Part shown: positions 51,201-51,565 of the stretch, piece after piece
Position numbering within the stretch: the first letter of the stretch is position 1
Layout of the letters: each line of letters starts with the position of its first letter
NCBI RefSeq assembly: GCF_018977255.1
Contig: NW_024705363.1
Span: forward strand, 1-51,565
DNA length: 51,565 nucleotides
Source: Callorhinchus milii
Taxonomy: Eukaryota
Direction of reading: 5' to 3'
The notes under the pieces: model-generated
What the model was told of the DNA's origin: nothing
Database searches by the model: none
What the model saw: only the letters and a program-made list of their open reading frames with translations
Position numbers and translations under genes: made by a program

Positions 51201-51565
51201 TTGAGATGTAGAGGGGAGTATAACGCTCTACGGTGTATGTGATTCTGCGGCCAAATTAAGAGCGCCGGATCTTAATCTGGGCTTAGGCTGGCAGTGAGCA
51301 CGAGATAGCATCCACCAGTACATTTTGATTTTTACATGCTACTTCGGTTTTTGAAATGCAAAACTACCAATATTGTACGATAAATCCGCGTAAGTAAGCT
51401 CAGGCATCAAGAGGATTAGCGTTCGTGCGAATTGCTTCAGCTATTACTTATGTGAGGACACTTCGGTCCTATTAGCTTTTCTTATGATCTATCTTAACAT
51501 CGCTTGGCCTTGTCTTCATCCGGTAGGGACGGGGTTCTGACTTAGCGGTCGTCATATTCTGCTTG
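24232..51565. other. Featureless random-like sequence, no supportable annotation
   Basis: Visually even base composition, abundant CpG and TA, no microsatellites or dispersed repeats. The longest listed ORF is 151 aa and none has a recognisable motif. Confidence 0.8.

Overview
The window has two very different halves separated by a 30-N gap (24202-24231). Bases 1-24201 are repeat-rich eukaryotic DNA, probably vertebrate; a lamprey-like host is only an impression. This half carries one intact spliced gene that the ORF track misses: a minus-strand homotetrameric-type cytidine deaminase (CDA). It has four well-supported coding exons plus a probable 7-nt first coding exon below a TATA box, giving about 160 aa. 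Around and inside it are nested mobile elements: (1) a decayed Ty3/Gypsy retrotransposon with 5' LTR, tRNA-Leu PBS, gag, PR-RT-RH and IN, inserted antisense into the integrase of an older Gypsy; (2) Helitron-like non-autonomous elements; (3) a Tigger/pogo-like and a hAT-like non-autonomous element that share about 0.9 kb of internal sequence; (4) two DINE-1/Helentron-like elements with 195-bp tandem repeats; (5) RTE-type LINE ends and SINE fragments; (6) Penelope fragments with minimal hammerhead ribozymes, one of them intact and in the sense orientation of CDA intron 1. Bases 24232-51565 show no recognisable genes, repeats or low-complexity sequence and look like random or shuffled filler. 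I found no convincing novel system; all assignments are by eye and from recalled family motifs, without database searches.
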